Assembly: GCA_017546805.1 (NCBI GenBank)
Contig: JAFYRT010000028.1
Location: 742-64,741 of the forward strand
Direction: 5' to 3'
Length of the DNA: 64,000 nucleotides
DNA from: Muribaculaceae bacterium
Lineage (GTDB): Bacteria; Bacteroidota; Bacteroidia; Bacteroidales; G3-4614
The notes beneath the pieces are model-generated. The model was not told the DNA's origin. It did no database searches and saw nothing but the letters and a program-made list of their open reading frames with translations. Shown here in pieces: positions 61,609 through 64,000 of the stretch. A program made the translations under genes and the position numbers. Within the stretch, counting starts at the first letter, position 1. Each line of letters opens with the position of its first letter.

Positions 61609-63216
61609 ATGAAAAAGATACTGTTTCCCATATTAATGCTATTTATAGCACAAGGTTTGTATGCACAATTGAATCAAACCGAAGGTTCGAAAAAACTATC
61701 GTTGGTAAACTATGCGATAAATCACCTCTATGTTGATACTGTTACCGAATCTCGAATAGTTGAGGCGGGAATACGCGCAATGTTGGAGGAGTTAGACCCC
61801 CATTCGGCATATCTTACAGCCGAAGAGGTGCAGGAGAGCAACGAGGAGTTAAATGGAAACTTCGATGGAGTTGGCATACAATTCATGATGCAAAAAGATA
61901 CTTGTTATGTAATACAGACAATAGCAGGAGGACCTTGTGAAAAGGTGGGGATATTGGCAGGAGACAGAATAATATTCATAAACGATACAGTGGTTGCCGG
62001 AGTAAAGATGACTGCAAACGATATAAAAAAACGTTTGCGTGGATTACGTGGAACAACCGTAGATGTATTGGTTAAACGTAGTGGGCAACAAGGACTGTTG
62101 CCATTTCGTATAACACGTGACCAAATACCTGTTCATAGTGTTGATGCTGCTTATATGGTTGCAAAAAATACGGGATATGTAAAATTGAGCAGGTTTGCAG
62201 CCACAACATTCGATGAATTTGTTGAGGCAATAGTTCCAATGATAAGATTGAACCGCATGAAGAATCTTATAATCGACCTTCAAGGAAATGGCGGAGGATA
62301 TCTTTCTGCAGCGGTAGGGTTGTGTAATATGTTGTTGGACGAAGGCAATCTTATCGTATATACCCAAGGACGCACATCACCTCGTCAAGAGGAGCGTAGT
62401 GGCGAAAAGGGAGTATTCCGTGATGGTAAACTTGTAATTCTTGTCGATGAGTATTCGGCTTCGGCTTCAGAGATTTTATCAGGTGCAGTACAAGATTGGG
62501 ACAGAGGAGTGATTGTAGGACGTCGCACCTTTGGAAAAGGTTTGGTGCAACGTCCATTGCAAATGCCCGATGGCTCAATGTTGCGTTTAACAGTTGCACA
62601 CTACTACACACCAACAGGTCGTTCAATACAACGTCCATACGTTAAGGGTAATAATAATGCATACCGTAACGATATTGTAGAGCGATATAAACGTGGAGAG
62701 ATGATAAGTGCGGATAGCATCCACTTTATGGACTCGTTAAAATATACCACTCTTAAAAATCACAGAACGGTATTTGGCGGAGGTGGAATAATGCCCGACT
62801 GTTTTATTCCGCTTGATACAACAAATTTCTCGCCATATCACAGAAACATTGTTGCTAAGGGTATAATGCCACAATTGGCAGCTGAGTACTCAGAGAAGAA
62901 TAAAAATGAGATACTATCTCAATACCGACGTGAGCAAAACTTTGTGGATGAGTATCAAGTGAGCGACTCGTTGATGTTACAACTTGTTAATTTGGCAACT
63001 AAAGAGGGTGTAGAGTACAAAGCTGACGAGTATGAGCTCTCAAAAGATTTGATGAGTTTGCAGATGAAGGCTCTTATAGCCCGAGATTTATACGAACAAT
63101 CGTCGTACTATAAAGTGATTAACACAGAAGCAAACGAAGCCCTCAAAAGAGCATTGGAGATAATTGCCAATGATGAGGAGTACAATACTTTGTTGGGGAA
63201 CGATGCTAAAAAGTAG
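61609..63216 (+). CDS. S41 family C-terminal processing peptidase
   Basis: 535 aa with a signal peptide and a PDZ-like region. Motifs DLQGNGGG, VDEYSASASEI and GRRTFGKG (Ser/Lys dyad context). Confidence 0.88.
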   Translation: MKKILFPILMLFIAQGLYAQLNQTEGSKKLSLVNYAINHLYVDTVTESRIVEAGIRAMLEELDPHSAYLTAEEVQESNEELNGNFDGVGIQFMMQKDTCYVIQTIAGGPCEKVGILAGDRIIFINDTVVAGVKMTANDIKKRLRGLRGTTVDVLVKRSGQQGLLPFRITRDQIPVHSVDAAYMVAKNTGYVKLSRFAATTFDEFVEAIVPMIRLNRMKNLIIDLQGNGGGYLSAAVGLCNMLLDEGNLIVYTQGRTSPRQEERSGEKGVFRDGKLVILVDEYSASASEILSGAVQDWDRGVIVGRRTFGKGLVQRPLQMPDGSMLRLTVAHYYTPTGRSIQRPYVKGNNNAYRNDIVERYKRGEMISADSIHFMDSLKYTTLKNHRTVFGGGGIMPDCFIPLDTTNFSPYHRNIVAKGIMPQLAAEYSEKNKNEILSQYRREQNFVDEYQVSDSLMLQLVNLATKEGVEYKADEYELSKDLMSLQMKALIARDLYEQSSYYKVINTEANEALKRALEIIANDEEYNTLLGNDAKK

Positions 63217-63238
63217 ATTTGTATCTCTTATTTAACAA

Positions 63239-64000
63239 TTATCTTATCTCAAAAGTAGTGATAACAGGGTAGTGGTCTGAAACCTTTATGCTTTTATCAA
63301 TTTTTGTATTCAAAGGATTCAGACCATTTCCATATAGGATATGGTCTATTCTGAATAGAAACTTATCTGCGTGGTAAGTAATATCAGGTCCAAAGCAGTT
63401 CTCTACATAAGCATCGTTTAAAATTCCCTTTATCTTATCATATACATATGATTGTTGGGTGTCGTTAAAATCGCCGCACACAATAATGTAATCGGCAATA
63501 TCCTTGATGTAGTCGGCAATAACGTCAGCTTGCTTTGCTCTTCTTTTAGATGCGTTTGCGAGTTTCCAAACAATCTGACGCTTAACATCTCCCATAAGAG
63601 AATCCGATTCAGACAAGTGGGTAGCGACGTAGTTAAACAGACCCCTGTCATCCGAAGAGAATCTGTTTGACTCTAAGTGGTTAACCACAACTTTTATAAT
63701 TTTCCCCTTAACATCTATACTATACATTATAGAGCCATTTGTGTTTTTGGGATATATAATCGGAGTAGCTTCAACAATCGGGTATTTCGACAAGCATGCC
63801 AATCCCGATTCGTAGTATCTGTTGTTGCTCAAGAAAATCTTTTTATAAGGATATTGCTCTTTTAATGCCCTTTCTACATCTCTTTCTTTAAGAGAATTTT
63901 TCGATTTCCCAATGGCATATTCCTGTAGGCAGACAATATCGGCATCCACCTCTTTGATGTACTCTATAATAGGGTTTGGGTCATCCTTCGTATGTCTATG
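63239..64000 (-). CDS. Endonuclease/exonuclease/phosphatase (EEP) family protein; 5' end beyond the window
   Basis: The listed ORF starts at an in-frame GTG (63947-63949), but the frame stays open to position 64000 (...HRHTKDDPNPIIEYIKEVDADIVCLQE). The C-terminal SDHYPV is EEP-typical. Confidence 0.75.
   Translation of the reverse strand, partial: HRHTKDDPNPIIEYIKEVDADIVCLQEYAIGKSKNSLKERDVERALKEQYPYKKIFLSNNRYYESGLACLSKYPIVEATPIIYPKNTNGSIMYSIDVKGKIIKVVVNHLESNRFSSDDRGLFNYVATHLSESDSLMGDVKRQIVWKLANASKRRAKQADVIADYIKDIADYIIVCGDFNDTQQSYVYDKIKGILNDAYVENCFGPDITYHADKFLFRIDHILYGNGLNPLNTKIDKSIKVSDHYPVITTFEIR

Overview
This is a low-GC Bacteroidota (Bacteroidales-like) chromosomal segment. Supporting signs are TAnnTTTG-type -7 promoter boxes, many proteins with type IX secretion (T9SS) C-terminal sorting domains, a ~490 aa archaeal/eukaryote-like ProRS and a DUF3098-FtsX pair. 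I found no rRNA, tRNA, CRISPR array, transposase or integrase. Layout: (1) 1-12.3 kb is a glycan-degradation cluster with no SusC/D in view: a partial GH2 on the minus strand, then two GH20 hexosaminidases, an AmpG-like MFS permease, GH130 and GH92. (2) 12.4-19.3 kb holds a solitary LamG-like T9SS cargo gene, then proS, an M23/LysM peptidase, phoH, purC and menG. (3) 19.4-24.7 kb is a minus-strand module of unknown function. It consists of a 995 aa receiver-like + PEP-utilising ATP-grasp protein, a 581 aa coiled-coil protein and a flavin-reductase-like protein. An 82-bp-period direct repeat lies upstream of its promoter. (4) 25-33.7 kb is a housekeeping block on the minus strand: korAB, aroK, an exosortase-like membrane protein, folK, queA, truB, uppP, DUF3098 and ftsX. 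(5) 34.0-41.4 kb is the most unusual region. It is a co-oriented array of five T9SS cargo genes: three LamG-like paralogs, an AT-rich 831 aa orphan and a beta-propeller protein. The genes share near-identical 5' and 3' cassettes, and two pseudogene remnants lie between them. (6) 41.7-64 kb carries metK with a structured leader, a CPA2 antiporter, a large S1 protease with a T9SS tail plus a beta-barrel OMP, gyrB, ade, a divergent nagB pair, an epimerase, nadB, parE, coaD, an S41 protease and a partial EEP-family gene. All functional calls rest on motifs read from the supplied translations. No database search was run.
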